A DNA stretch of 63,976 bases, counting the filler, from Thelocarpon superellum (lineage: Eukaryota): NCBI GenBank assembly GCA_026025795.1. It is 2 parts of 2 records of this genome, joined end to end, with 100 filler letters (N's around TTAATTAATTAA, not from the genome) between each part and the next. Parts side by side here need not be neighbours in the genome. Positions count along the whole stretch, not along the records: positions 32,071 to 63,976 come from JAPEUG010000187.1; 1 more part is not named here. One strand, written 5' to 3'. Numbering within the stretch: the stretch's first letter is position 1; each line of letters opens with the position of its first letter. Of this stretch, positions 47,094-59,516 are shown piece by piece. The position numbers and the translations under genes are program-made. The notes beneath the pieces were generated by a model, which was given only the letters and a program-made list of their open reading frames with translations, was not told the origin of the DNA and searched no databases.

Positions 47094-48089
47094 AGGTGGG
47101 GCCTCTGGGGCCGTGGGAAGCGAGCTTCACCGATGTCATTCCGTCGCAAGAGATCACGCGTGCGGTCATGGACTTTTTGTTCGTCGAGGTCGTCCAGCGG
47201 AGCGATGTGGGCAGCACGGGGCAGATTGAGGTGGAAGCCAAGCTGGGACAGCTGATTGATCCTGACACGGACGAGCGCATCGACAATGGCTCGTCGACGG
47301 AGTGTGTGCTCAACAAGAACAGCAAGGCGTATGGCGTGAGCCGAGCCAAGTTCCGGAGCTCGATGACGGAGGCGCAGCATCGCATGCTGAACCAGTACCT
47401 CAACCGGGCCGTGGCGACGTCGCGCGCGCCACCGGCGACGGCGACGGGCAAGCCGCGCATTCCGATGGACTACGTGCACACGCGCGAGCGCGATCGCTTC
47501 TACGTGCTGCCGTCGGCGATGGCGATGCTGCCGCTGTCGGTGCGGCCGCTGGTCAAGCGCGAGCTCAAGGTGCGGGCGACGACGGACCAGAAGACGGGCC
47601 AGATCCTGGCGAAGATCATCAAGGTGCGCCTGGCCGATCTGCACGTGCACAGTCCGCGGACGGCGTTCGACTGGCGCATCAGCGTCAACCTGGAGATGCC
47701 GTACGAGGGCGAGATGGAGGGACTGGTGGAGGTGTCGGAGAATGGCAAGCGGCCGGAGCGGAACAAGGACCGGATGAGTTACCGGCATCTGGCCTATCAG
47801 ATTGACCTGACGCAGGTGACGATGCACTCGGATGTACGTGCTCTCGCGCCTTCCCTTGCCTTTGCCGCTCACCCGCTCACCCGCTCCAACGCGAGCATCC
47901 ACGACTAACCCATGTGCGCGAGGGTAGGGCGCGTCGAGGGTGGAGAAAGAACACGAGCTCGAAGTGGAAGTGTCCGCCGAGCGGATCCGGGAGCAGGGCC
48001 TGTTGGCTCAGGCCGGACAGTCGGCGCAATACGAGGATATCATTCAGGGCTTCGTCAACAACGTGCGGATCCTCACGCGAGCGGTCTGA
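46196..48089 (+). CDS. CET1: mRNA capping enzyme beta subunit (RNA triphosphatase, TTM fold)
   Basis: MDLRAIIN start, PWE, IEVEAKLG, DWRISVNLE, RNKDRMSY, IDLTQV; after the intron, EHELEVE...FVNNVRIL*. Confidence 0.92.
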
Positions 48090-48115
48090 CGTCTGACGTC
48101 TGACGTCTGACGTCT
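48084..48115 (+). repeat. 7-bp tandem repeat (GTCTGAC)x4.5 overlapping the CET1 stop codon
   Basis: gtctgacgtctgacgtctgacgtctgacgtct. Confidence 0.9.
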
Positions 48116-48678
48116 TTGTGCTTTTCGTCTTCCTGTGGCACATTGTTGTAGAATCGCATACCGTAGGCGGATAGGAGCATCTTTTGCGGCATTCTGGTAG
48201 TCGCGTGCTGACTCGTGTGGACAAGAGTCCGTCGGGAAATAACGGGAGCACGGCAAGATTTCCTCGCGAAATATACTCGACAGACGCGAGTAAACAATCA
48301 CAATTAATATTTCCGGAATCCCCTCGCAGTTTTCCGAAGATAGTCGCATGAGTAAAGCTGTTGCTTGATCATCTCCGTAATGTCATCCACCTATTCAGGT
48401 AGGCCGCACGTGGAGATTCATTCATCTCGCCGCGGGGAGGGGATGGAAGCAGATACAGTGACTTGATGCCCGAGAAGAGACGTGCAGTCCGCGGTTTTGA
48501 TCGATGATGGATGTTCGTGGGCTACGCGATTTCCCTCAACATCTCGCGGCAGCTGCTCCTCGGAGCATCCATCACCCATCCAATCCCCCGATTGATCTCG
48601 CCCGACCCGACCATCAATCCGCTCACCTGTCTTCCCTGGTCCCCAGCGATTGTCAAAATCTCTGTGATCATTTTGTGC

Positions 48679-48713
<35 letters not shown>

Positions 48714-48750
48714 ACGCGACAGACCGTCGTCCCACCAGTCCCGCCTCACC

Positions 48751-49752
48751 ATGGACGCCCTCCGCAGCACGGTGCAGCCCATCACGCGGAACCTCCCGGC
48801 GCCCATCCGCGACACCGGCATCTCCCTGCTCGGCGCGGCATGCTACAAGACGCTGATCCTCGACCTCGACGTGACCGCGACGGAATGCATCAAGCTGGGC
48901 GTCAGCAAGGCGCTCGGCCTGGGCATCATCGGAGCGTCGGCGGTCGTCAAAGTGCCGCAGATCGTGAACCTGGTGCGCTCGCAATCGGCCGCCGGCATCT
49001 CCTTCACCGCGTACGCGCTCGAAACGACCGCCTACCTGGTCGGGCTGGCGTATAACGTGCGCCAGGGCTTTCCCTTCAGCACCTACGGCGAGACGGCGCT
49101 CATCGCGGCGCAGAACGTGGTGATCGCCGTGCTGGTGCTGCATTTCAGCGGCCTGGACCCGGCCGCGGCGGCGTTCGTGGCGGTCTTGGCCGCCGCGGGC
49201 TGGGCGCTGTTCAGTCCCGACCTGGTGGATCTGCCCACCCTGGCCTACCTCCAGGCCGGCGCGGGTGCGCTCGGCGTCGCCAGCAAGCTGCCGCAGATCT
49301 GGACCGTGTGGCGTGCGGGGTCCACGGGGCAATTGAGCGCGTTTGCGGTATGACACTTCCTCCACCTTCCTCCACCTTCCTCGTCACGCGGTGGAAAGCC
49401 GGACGGACCGGACGGTACCAAACCCGACCAACCGCTGACGTGTGATTGGTGACGGCAGGTGTTCAATTACCTCGTCGGCTCATTGACGCGCATCTTCACG
49501 ACGCTACAAGAAGTGGACGACAAGCTGATCCTCTACGGCTTCATCGCCGGCTTTGTGCTCAACGCTGTCCTCGCCGTCCAGATGATCTACTACTGGAACA
49601 GCCCCAGCCCCAGCCCCGCCGCCACCAGCTCTCGCGGTAAATCCAGCGGGAAGAAGGGCGCGCCCAAGTCCTATGCGGCCGCGGCGGCCCCGGGCACCCC
49701 GAGCGCCACGCCCGCGAAGGCCAAGGGCCCCTCGACGAGACGGAGGGGGTAG
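48751..49752 (+). CDS. MPDU1: Mannose-P-dolichol utilization defect 1 (PQ-loop) protein, 2 exons
   Basis: VKVPQI, FPFSTYGET, SKLPQI, STGQLSAFAV-intron-FNYLVGSLTRIFTTLQEVDD. Confidence 0.92.
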
Positions 49753-49948
49753 ACGACGCGGGAGAAAGGCAGGTTGGGTTTGGTTGGCTGAATTGGGAGC
49801 GGGGTGCGCCGCGACGGGCGGGAGGGAGGCGGTGGAGTGGACGGCTCGCGTTCCCCTTCGAGTCTTTGAATCTCGGTGCCACAGCTGGTACCATCATAAT
49901 AAGCCCCCAATTCCACCGTCGTACCCTTCTTGCGCCAGAAGTGAGCTT

Positions 49949-50827
49949 TCAACGTCGGAGTCCGCCCGATGGAGCCGTCGTAGCGCCGGGTGCCGTCCCT
50001 GCAGACATGAAACGCAGCACATCCTCGATGCTCGTCGGGTTTGCCATTTGTGCCGGATCCAGCTTCGTTTCTCGCGCCGCTTCAACCTTCACCTTTTCTT
50101 TCTCCTCTTCCCTTGTCGCGGCTGCCGGCCCGTCCTCTTCGTCCTCTTCATCCTCATGCTCGTCATTCTCGTCGTCCTCATCCTCATCACTGTCACCACC
50201 CCCCATCCGCCCCTTTAACCCCGTCACCACGTTCTCGACGCCCAACTCGCGCTCTTCCCGGGTATATTCCTCCTCGACCCAGACCCTGGCTCTCGCCTCC
50301 TCATTCGCCGCCGGGCCGGCCCAGGCCCACAGCTCCTCGAATTGCTCGGCTGCCAGCGCGTCTCCACTTCCACCGTCCTCCCCCTCCCCACGCCCAGCCT
50401 CGCGCCCCGCCAAGACCCAATCTTCCACGCCGACCTCGAGCTTCTTGCGCAGTAGCTGAACAAGCAGTGCTTCTTCCGCCGCCGCCGGGAAGTTGGGGAG
50501 CGGATAGGCCACCGTGGACGAGAACAGGCCGGGCGCGCTGGCTAAGTGCGTCGTCAGCGCGTTGAGGTTGTGGCTGATGATCGTGCTGAGGGATTGCAGG
50601 GAGGTCCTGCGGAGCTCGGAGTAAGCATGGCGGGTGGGCAATTGGCGCGGAGAGATGGGGGCGAGGGGTAGGGAGCTGGGACGGGACAGGGAGGAGCTCT
50701 ACCATGGTGGCAGCGTGGGGCTATTCAGGATATTCTGCTGTAGAGAAGCCAGGGAGTTCGTCAGCTGGAATAGCCGCTGTCGCGTCTGCTCCAGCGCTTT
50801 GATGTCCACTGGTGAAGGGGCCGCCAT
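49949..50827 (-). CDS. MED8: Mediator subunit Med8, 2 exons
   Basis: KALEQTRQRLFQLTNSLASL...PPW-intron-TSLQS...VAYPLPNFP...LLRKKLE...IEDVLRFMSAG. Confidence 0.88.
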
Positions 50828-51084
50828 CGCTCACATGAGCTGCGCCCACTGCATGGACGATGGACGCCGTTGAAGACCGACTCGTCCTGCACCGGGATGG
50901 CCCCGTTCTGGTACTGGTTCCATGAAGCTCTCACGGGTGATGACTAAGTCTGCCGAGCCATGCAAATGCTGATGAGATCGCCTGAGAGGCCGGGAGATCC
51001 CCCACCATAATCCCCCGCTGCTCCAAGAGGCCCCCACCCAACACGCCCCTCCCAACTTCGTCACATCCTCGCCTCCAGTCCACC

Positions 51085-51854
51085 ATGGCCTCCTCGCCTA
51101 CCCCCTCCGAGCGTGAGCGGACCGACAAAGAGCAGAAAGCCAAGGAAGCCGCGGAGCAAGCGGCGCTGCCGTACCAATGGACCCAGACCATCGGCGAGCT
51201 AGAAGTGACGGTGCCGGTACCCGGGAACCTGAAGGGCAAGGACCTGGCCGTCTCCATCACCAAGACGTCGATCAAAGTGGGCGTCAAGAACCAGCCGCCC
51301 ATCATTGAGGTGAGTCCGGCTCCAGCCCTGATCCCGCTCCTTTCTCCACTTACTTCATCCTCGAGCGCGGCGCGAGATGTTCTGACACTCTGCCTTGCCT
51401 TCTCAGGGCACCTTCCCCCACCCCATCCACGCCGACGAGTCCACCTGGACCCTGGAGACGTCGGCGTCGCCGGATAGCAAGGATATTGCGGTGCATCTGG
51501 ACAAGATGAACAAGATGGAATGGTGGCCGCATGTTGTGACGGGCGCGCCGAAGATCGACACGTCCAAGATCACGCCGGAGAACTCGAAGCTCAGTGATCT
51601 CGATGGCCAGACGAGGGGCATGGTCGAGAAGATGATGTACGATCAGCGCCAGAAGGAGATTGGGAAACCGACGAGCGATGAGGAGAAGAAGATGGATCTG
51701 TTGAAGAAATTCCAGGCCCAGCATCCGGGTAAGAACGTGCTGTCATCGCTCACCTCTTCGCGTATCTTCTTCCGTGTTTGTCGTCGTCGCGAAGCAAGGA
51801 GATCCGCTGACGCTACGTGTAGAGATGGACTTCTCCAAGGCCAAGATCGGATGA
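51085..51854 (+). CDS. nudC: Nuclear movement protein NudC (CS/p23 domain), 3 exons
   Basis: [57 protein letters not shown]. Confidence 0.95.
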
Positions 51855-52024
51855 TGGCATTCGCGCAAGCTCCGGGATCAGATCAGAGGATGGCTCAGAT
51901 GCCGTCGAGACCGGACTTCCTTTGCATAGCGTGGTGTAGCATCTCCGTTTCCCATCGGAGTGGCGTACATCTAATCGTCTACCAACATGCTCTCTATCAT
52001 CTCCCAATTCGCATCTCTACCCCG

Positions 52025-54291
52025 TCACTCCACCAGACGGAGGTGATACGTCTCAAGCGCCTCCTTGCTCACCAGACTCGGGCTATTCACGAGAGGATCC
52101 TCGCCTCGTCCCGTCTTTGGAAAGGCAATCACGTCGCGCACCGACCCCTTGCCCAGCATGACGGCCACCAGTCTGTCAAAGCCCAGGGCGATCCCCGCGT
52201 GTGGAGGACAGCCGGCGCGCAGGACCTCGATCAGATGTGCAAAGTCGTGGAGCCGCTCCGGGGGCATCTGATGGCACGGTGTCAGCGATGGCACATGCGA
52301 TATCGGGATCCGCGGCAGCTTGTGATGTACCTTCAAGACGTCTCGTAGCACGTAATTCTGCATGGCCGCGTCGTGGATCCGACGACTGCCTCCGCCGAGC
52401 TCGATCCCGTTCAGCACCAGGTCGTAGTGGTCTGCCTTCGCCTGGGTCGGATCGTGGGCGAGGAGATCGACGTCCGCGCCGGACTTGGGTGACGTGAAGG
52501 GATGGTGCGTGGAGGAGAAGCCGGTCGTGCCGCCCTGTCCTGGATCGGTCTCGTTTGACGGAGTAAAGAGGGGAAAGTCGGTGATCCACAAGAACTGAAA
52601 CCCGTGCGGCGCAGCCAGGCGGCCTTGGACAACAGCTTCGCGATGCAGCGCCAGTCGTAGATCGCCCAACTTGGTCGAGCCACCGTGATGACGCGCCTTC
52701 TTTCGCGCCTGAAGCACGACGAGGTCGCCTTCGTCCAGCTGCAAGAGCTCTTCCACTCGCTCCGCTGCCTCGAAGCCGAAAGGCTGCAGTCCTTGAAGCG
52801 GCTGCCGAGGATCGACGATGAAGATACCTGGCGCCCCTTCTGGGTTCTCGTGGAACCCTCGCGCTTCCGGAGAATCCATGAAGGTGTTGACGAACGCGCG
52901 CGTCGCGGACGAGTCATGCGAAACGTGCAGCTTGATGACCTCGACCGTCGGATCCGGCTCCGAGGTGAGTTTGCTAATCAGGTCCGCCGGGAGCAGATGG
53001 CCAATGTCTCGGATCTGAGTGGTCAGCGAATGGTGGGTGTGTTCTGGGATAGGCCACGCTCACTTCCATACCAAGCCGGGTATCTGGCTTGTCTGACCCA
53101 TACTTCGCCATGGCATCATCATATGACAACCTCGCAAACGGTAGCTCCACGGAAACCGCGCCGACAAGTTCGTTCCAAAGCGTGCGGATCAAACCTTCCA
53201 CACATCGCATGACATCTTCGCCCGTCGCAAATGACATTTCCAAATCCAGCTGGCCGCATTAGCTCGAGCAGAGCGGCCAGGATGATGCAAATCCTGCGTA
53301 CCTGCGTGAATTCGGGCTGTCGATCGGCCCGAAGATCCTCGTCTCGAAAACATTTGGCCAGCTGATAATACTTGGCGATTCCGCTGGCCATCAGGATCTG
53401 CTTATACTGCTGTGGGCTCTGAGGAAGCGCGTAGGTCCGGCCCTTGCGTCGGGTGGGCACCAGGAATTCTCTTGCCCCTTCTGGCGTCGACTTGAATAAC
53501 AGCGGTGTCTCCACCTCGGTGAAGTTCTGTTGCGCGAGCACATCGCGACATACCGCCGCGACACGCGCTCGGAACTTCAGGGCATCTCGATTGGACTGGT
53601 TGGTGCGTAGCTGGAGGTGACGCTGCTCGGGGGAGAAGTTGGTGTCAGGCTTGACGATGATGTCCGTCGGAAAGTGGTTGAGGCATTGGACACCCGTCAG
53701 ATGAATCTCGCAGTCCGTGATCTTCTGGATTTCCGAGCCATCGGAGGTTGATCCGGTCCGTGGCTTCAGGAGCCCTGTGAGAGCCACGGGGCTATGCGGC
53801 CGGAGGGATTTCAACACAGCATGGGATGACGGCGCATCTGGACGGCCTTTGGCCGAGGAAACAAGCTGGATACAATGGTCGAGCTCCTTGTTGAACAGCG
53901 GGATGAAAGAGAGGTTCTTGGAAAGATCTGCGCTTTCTCCCAGGTACCCGTGGACAACGACCTCTTTTCCCATAGGTGATGCATTTCCCGTCAATTCTGG
54001 GATCTGATGCGTGGCCGCCGGGAAGTTGACTGTCTTTTCTTAGTGTGATAAAGCTTTGTGGGCCCGGCCACAGTTCGAGGCAACCCTACCTGATCGTTTG
54101 TAGGACTGCAGCAAAGCTGGGACTGATTGTTCCCCTTGGCTGTCTGGAGCATTACGCCGAGAGGTAGCCCAGAAGCTACGTCGACCGACGGGCAAGCGTC
54201 GTGGTCGAAGGATGTGCCAAATCTCGACGTAGGTCCGCCACACGGGTGAATCTAAGCGGAGCGGAGTGCGACCTTGTGCGAAGAGACTCAT
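52025..54291 (-). CDS. MSD1: Aspartyl-tRNA synthetase, mitochondrial (multi-exon)
   Basis: [71 protein letters not shown]; Arg-rich presequence. Confidence 0.94.
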
Positions 54292-55675
54292 CGTAAACAA
54301 TGGCGAGGCTTGCCTCTTCGACCGCTTTCCACCGGTCGACCAGGCTATGGACGGGACGGCGAGAAGTTCTGAGGTTCGACCCAATTCCGGTTAGCGCGTC
54401 GTCGGAGCTGCTCAGGTAGAAAGCGAACTTTTCCCACTTTACGTCTCCTTCCATCCTTCCAAGTTTTGAACATGTACGTCAATTCCTCCGTGACTCGACA
54501 CGACCACTGTCTGACTGTCTCTAGATGATGAAAGCCTAGAGTGTACCAGATGAACATCATTCTCGCCGACCCGGCGCGCGAACTCTCCCGTCACTGGGCT
54601 CAAGTGGTTCGCTCGTCGTGGTGGGTGGGGAGTATGATTCCGGCGTTCGGCACATCTACCTTGTTACACAAACGGACGCGATGAAGGCATCTCTGATCTT
54701 CAGCTTGGAAGGTGTCCCAGTGTCGAACTGCCACCATGGCGGGGTGCACGGGCAGTTGAGTGCGCGGATGAATGTTGGCCCTCTTGATTGTGCATTTCTC
54801 TCCAAGTATCAGTCACGTCTACGGGGACGACTGGGACCGTGTATACTTTCTGTGCAACATTGTATGAGTGGTGTGTGAAGTGCGCCGGACTGGTGCTGAT
54901 GCACGAGTATGCTAAGGGTCAATGGTCAAAGCGGGGATGCGAAGAGTGCTGGAGCGAAGGAAGAGCACGACGGACGTGGGAGAAGTGCAGTCCAGGTGGT
55001 ATGGGAGTAGCGCGACCTTCCTCTTCTCCAGCCGGCTCGGCATGGTGGAGGAGGCACCGACGCCGCTTAGGCCTACCGAAGGCTCAGCCGCCAATGGGGA
55101 GCTCGCAGGTGTCGCATAGGCTCCCGGGCAATCAGCTCGCCTGCCCCAACAGGCCAATGTCCAGGTAACTACCAAGCACACCGTGCTGGTCCTCACCGTC
55201 GTACAGCGTGTCAGGCGTTGGCAGACCCCACGTTTGCACTCGTCGACTAGAGGGAAAGTCAAGTGCTTGTGGCACCGTGCCAGTCAGGCCACAATCGCAG
55301 CGGATCCTCCAAGACCGCCACAACGCTGGCGGAAGTAGGATTTCGGAACTGCCATTTTGGCACGCTTCGTCACTGGCGACTGGCGATTGATCCGCCGTGG
55401 TCGCTGCATGGTGAGCATACCACCAGCTTGATCCCATCGTTCGGGTCGACCCATCGACCATCGCCCGTCGCCTGTCACTCGTCGCCCATCGCCCGCCGTA
55501 GTGCCGAGCATTCGCGGATGTTCAACGCCAACTACATTCACTTGTGACCTCCAACACCATGGCGTAGGCCGCTCGGCGGTGTCGACGGTCGCAAGTGCTC
55601 TAGCAAACGATACCACCGGTGGGACCTGGGCCGCATCGTGACCCGCAAGGTGGCCGTGCGTCGCGCGCGTCCGCC

Positions 55676-57923
55676 ATGTCCAGCTCCTTCGAAAAGTCGG
55701 TCAAAGGTGGCACCAAGATCAAGGTATCCCGCCTCCCATGATATTCCACTCTGCCACCGCCGGGGGCTGACGAGGCATTGCCCACAGCTTGCGGCACCCA
55801 AATCCAAATATGTCGAGCATATCCTCGTGGCGACCCACGCGGGCGAGGCCGGCGTCGCCGAGATCTTCCGCGCCCTTCAGAACCGGCTGCGGGATTCCAC
55901 CTGGACCATCGTCTTCAAGAGCTTGATTATCGTCCATCTGATGATCCGCGAGGGCGAGGCCGACGTGACGCTCAAGTTCATCGCCGCCAATCCACGCAAG
56001 CTCGCCATCAGCAATTTCTCCGACGGTGAGTTCCTGGAGACGGTTCTCTTCTTCTCTTCTCGGTCCGTGCCGCTGGCGGATGCCGGATGGGAGTGGGCTG
56101 ACGGTCATGGCTGTATTCAAGTCCAGCTACAGGGCCGAAACATCCGTCACTACTCCGACTATCTCCTGGAGCGCGCCCGCGGCTACAAAGACACCCGCGT
56201 CGACTTTGTCCGCAACGGTGAGGGCCGCTTGAAGCGCCAGACGGTCGAGAAAGGACTACTTCGCGAGACGGAGTCAGTGCAACATCAGATCAATGCCTTG
56301 CTCAAATGCGAGGTGAGTGGCAAAGAATGACGCTGGGTCGAGCGCCCCAGCTAACCTGCGCAGGTGCTCTCCAATGAGCCCGAGAATGAGATCACTCTCA
56401 CGGCCTTCCGGCTGTTGGCGATGGATATGCTAGCGCTGTTCTACGTCATGAACGAGGGCGTGATCAACCTGCTCGGTGAGCAGTGTGGCCGAGCTCGGCG
56501 CGGCGTGACGGAGACTGACGGGGGGGTAGAACACTTCTTTGAGATGTCCAAATACGATGCCGAGCGAGCCTTGGACATCTACAAGACGTTCGCGAAGCAG
56601 ACCGCCCATGTCGTCGAGTACCTCGCCGTGGCCCGACACTTCGAGCATGCCACCCGTCTCGAGGTGCCCCGGTTGAAGCATGCTCCCACCAGCTTGACCG
56701 GATCCCTCGAGGAGTATCTGCACGACCCCGACTTCGAGAAGAATCGGCGGCAGTACCTGGCCCAGCAAGACGTCAAGAAAGGCCGCGGGAACAACGCTGC
56801 CACCAACGGAGCGAACAAACCCTTCGATGCATCTAAGGCCGCTGCCGCTTCGCGCAATGCCGCCGGGAAGTCCTTCCCGTCTCCGAAGAAAGATGCCGCG
56901 GCGCCGGCCAAGCAAGAAGCCAAGGGTCCCGCGCCCGATCTGATTGACTTTTTCGAGTCGATCGAACAGAATCAGCTGCCAATGGCGCAACCGGCCGCCC
57001 AGCAACAACCCCAGCAACAATATCAGCCTTTTCAACAGACCTCGACCTTTCCGGCGCCGCAATTCACGCCGCAACAAGCACAGCCCTTTCAGGTGCCGGG
57101 TCAAGCGCCGCAGACATCGGTCTACGGTGCGCAGCCTGTGGGGGCGCTACAGTCGCAGGTCAACCCCGCGTTCGATCTGCCGGGCCAGACGCCATCTAGC
57201 CAGGCGCCGCAACAGGCTCCGTTGCAAGCCAACTTCACTGGGGCCGGCTTCGGTGGTTATACGCCGCAGGCCGCAGGCACCTTCAACCCTGGGCAGACAT
57301 CCTTGACGAACATTCCCCAAAACGGGGTGGCATCATTTGACAATACAAGCTTCCAGTCGCAAGCACCGCCGTCGGCAGGATTGCTCAGCAATGGCCAACC
57401 CGCGGCGACCAATCCCTTCCGCCAGTCCACCGCTCCTCCCACGGGAGACGTCATGAGTCAACCGTTCTCGAGCCTGCCGGCCGCGGCGTCATCCCTGACG
57501 AGACAAAACACCAATCCCTTTGCCCGAAATATCGGGGCGGCGCCCATAGCCTCTGCACCCACCGATGGCTTTGGCGGCCCCTTCTCCGCGAGCCCCCCCA
57601 GCAACGTGCAGAGCCTCCCACCGCCGGAGCAGAAAACAATGATGCCGCTCACTGCCACGGCGACTGGGACGAATCCCTTTGCCCGGACTCCCTCGGCGCC
57701 GCTGCAGCAATCGGCGACGGGTCCCGCGCCACCGGCGGCGCTGACCCCAAGTCTGACGGGGAGCACCAATCCCTTCCGCCAGAGCGCCTTCCGGAACCAG
57801 CAGACCGGTCACGGCTGGCAGCAGGGCCAGGGCACCATCGGTGGTCTCGAGCAACTTCCCACCATGCCCGTCTTTCCGCGACCCGGCGAGCAGCCGGCGA
57901 CGCAGAGTCAATTTGGGTGGTGA
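55676..57923 (+). CDS. ANTH-domain clathrin adaptor (AP180/Yap1801-1802 family)
   Basis: MSSSFEKSVKGGTKIK-intron-LAAPKSKYVEHIL, WTIVFKSLIIVHLMIREG, DLIDFF clathrin box and four TNPF motifs. Confidence 0.92.
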
Positions 57924-58225
57924 TGAGGGCGAGCGCAGGCGTGGGTTGTGCGGCGCGTAATTCCTCCATGTCCCGGCTTCGATCTCCGGCGTGATTTCTG
58001 TTGCATCGGTGGGCGTTTGATTCTTTGTTTGGCCCATGAGCGCCGCGCTTTGCCTTGCGTTTGGTTTCCTGCGTGCATGCCGCAGCTCGAGCCGGTAGAT
58101 AGCTTTCCGTAGCAGCGCTTCCAGCCAATACCAGCCTATTCGACCCAGATCAAACGCTGCTCTCCGCCACGGACGCCGTTCTGTACAATGCTCCATGCCC
58201 GGTCGTGCTCGTAAACACCCACCCC

Positions 58226-59194
58226 TCATCGTCCGAACCAGCTGCCGATCCTATCCCACGGAGTCTCTTGTCCCTTGGCCCGGCGTAAATCCCGCGCTCG
58301 GTGCTCCTGCTGCTGCTGCTCGCCGATCCGACTCGCGATCTGCGTGTCGACCGCAATCTCCGCCGCGAGCGCATGTTCCTCCAGCTCGCGCTCGGTCGGC
58401 GACAACGACGCCACACGCGTCTCGAACTCTTTGCGGGCGTCGGGGCCGAGGCGCTCCGACACCGAGGACGCCTCAGGCGGAGCGGGTGCGGATGCCGAGG
58501 GAATGAGGGGCCCGAGTGCTGGCGGAGGGAGCCCGGCCGCCTTGGCCTTCTCCGTCGCTCGCTCCTGGTCCAGCATGCGGTGATACAGCTGGTCGGCGTG
58601 CATCTGGATCTGCTCGTCCATCTCGGCCGGCCGGTCGAAGGCCGAGAGGTAGCCGAGGGCCTTGAGGAACTTGGCTTGCATCATGTAGCACCGCTCCAGC
58701 TCGCGGTTCTCGGCCCGACACATGTTCATGCGACTCCGCCATCCTCCGCTCTGGAAGCACTCGTTCATGGCACCTTGCTCGAGCGCACAGTTCTCCAGCG
58801 CCGCCCGCCCGATCTCCGCCTTGCGGAACTTGTAGCCTTCCAGCACATCCTGGAGCTTGTCTTGCTCCGTCTTCGACGCCCCTTCGATGGCGGATTGGGA
58901 CTGATAGTCGCGCCACAGGTGCGCGTATCTTCCGTCGGGGAACAGCGATTGAGGTGGCACGCCAGACGATGAGGACTCGGTCGACTGCGTGGTCTGTTCC
59001 GACAGCTCCCTTGTGTATCTGCGAGAATCGGCGGCAGGCGCTGGCGGACCGGTGGTCGACAGGGACCAGGAGTCGTATTTCACCGGTGACTCGGTCTTGA
59101 GGACTTCACGAAGCGCGGGATCAAGCTTCGACAAAGCATCTTTCCTCTGGGCTGCCGCGCTCTCATCGTCGGACGAACCCCAAAGCCAGCCCAT
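58226..59194 (-). CDS. Conserved fungal protein with twin CX9C motif
   Basis: Intronless 322-aa ORF containing CALEQGAMNEC and CRAENRELERC; MGWLWG start. Confidence 0.8.
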   Translation of the reverse strand: MGWLWGSSDDESAAAQRKDALSKLDPALREVLKTESPVKYDSWSLSTTGPPAPAADSRRYTRELSEQTTQSTESSSSGVPPQSLFPDGRYAHLWRDYQSQSAIEGASKTEQDKLQDVLEGYKFRKAEIGRAALENCALEQGAMNECFQSGGWRSRMNMCRAENRELERCYMMQAKFLKALGYLSAFDRPAEMDEQIQMHADQLYHRMLDQERATEKAKAAGLPPPALGPLIPSASAPAPPEASSVSERLGPDARKEFETRVASLSPTERELEEHALAAEIAVDTQIASRIGEQQQQEHRARDLRRAKGQETPWDRIGSWFGR

Positions 59195-59516
59195 GATGTG
59201 CAGGCAAATCTTAGACTAGGTGGAGTTCCCTGGAGGTCTGTAGTGCGCGTAGATGCATCCCATATCACATAACAGTACTGGCCGGTCAAATCTCTGCGAC
59301 CTTGTGATTGGCCCGTAGAGCTCCGGGCTGGAAGTGACTGGCCAACTTCTCGCATGCTTAAGTCAGCGTGTCTCAGATCCGGTTAATTTGCCCATCTAGG
59401 ACTAGCCTGAATAGTCGCGCCTCACGTCTCCCCAACCAAACACCATCACATCTCGACGCGCTGGAAGAATCGGGACCCACCACGTTCGTTGCATTCGCCG
59501 GCCGATCTCATGGCAA

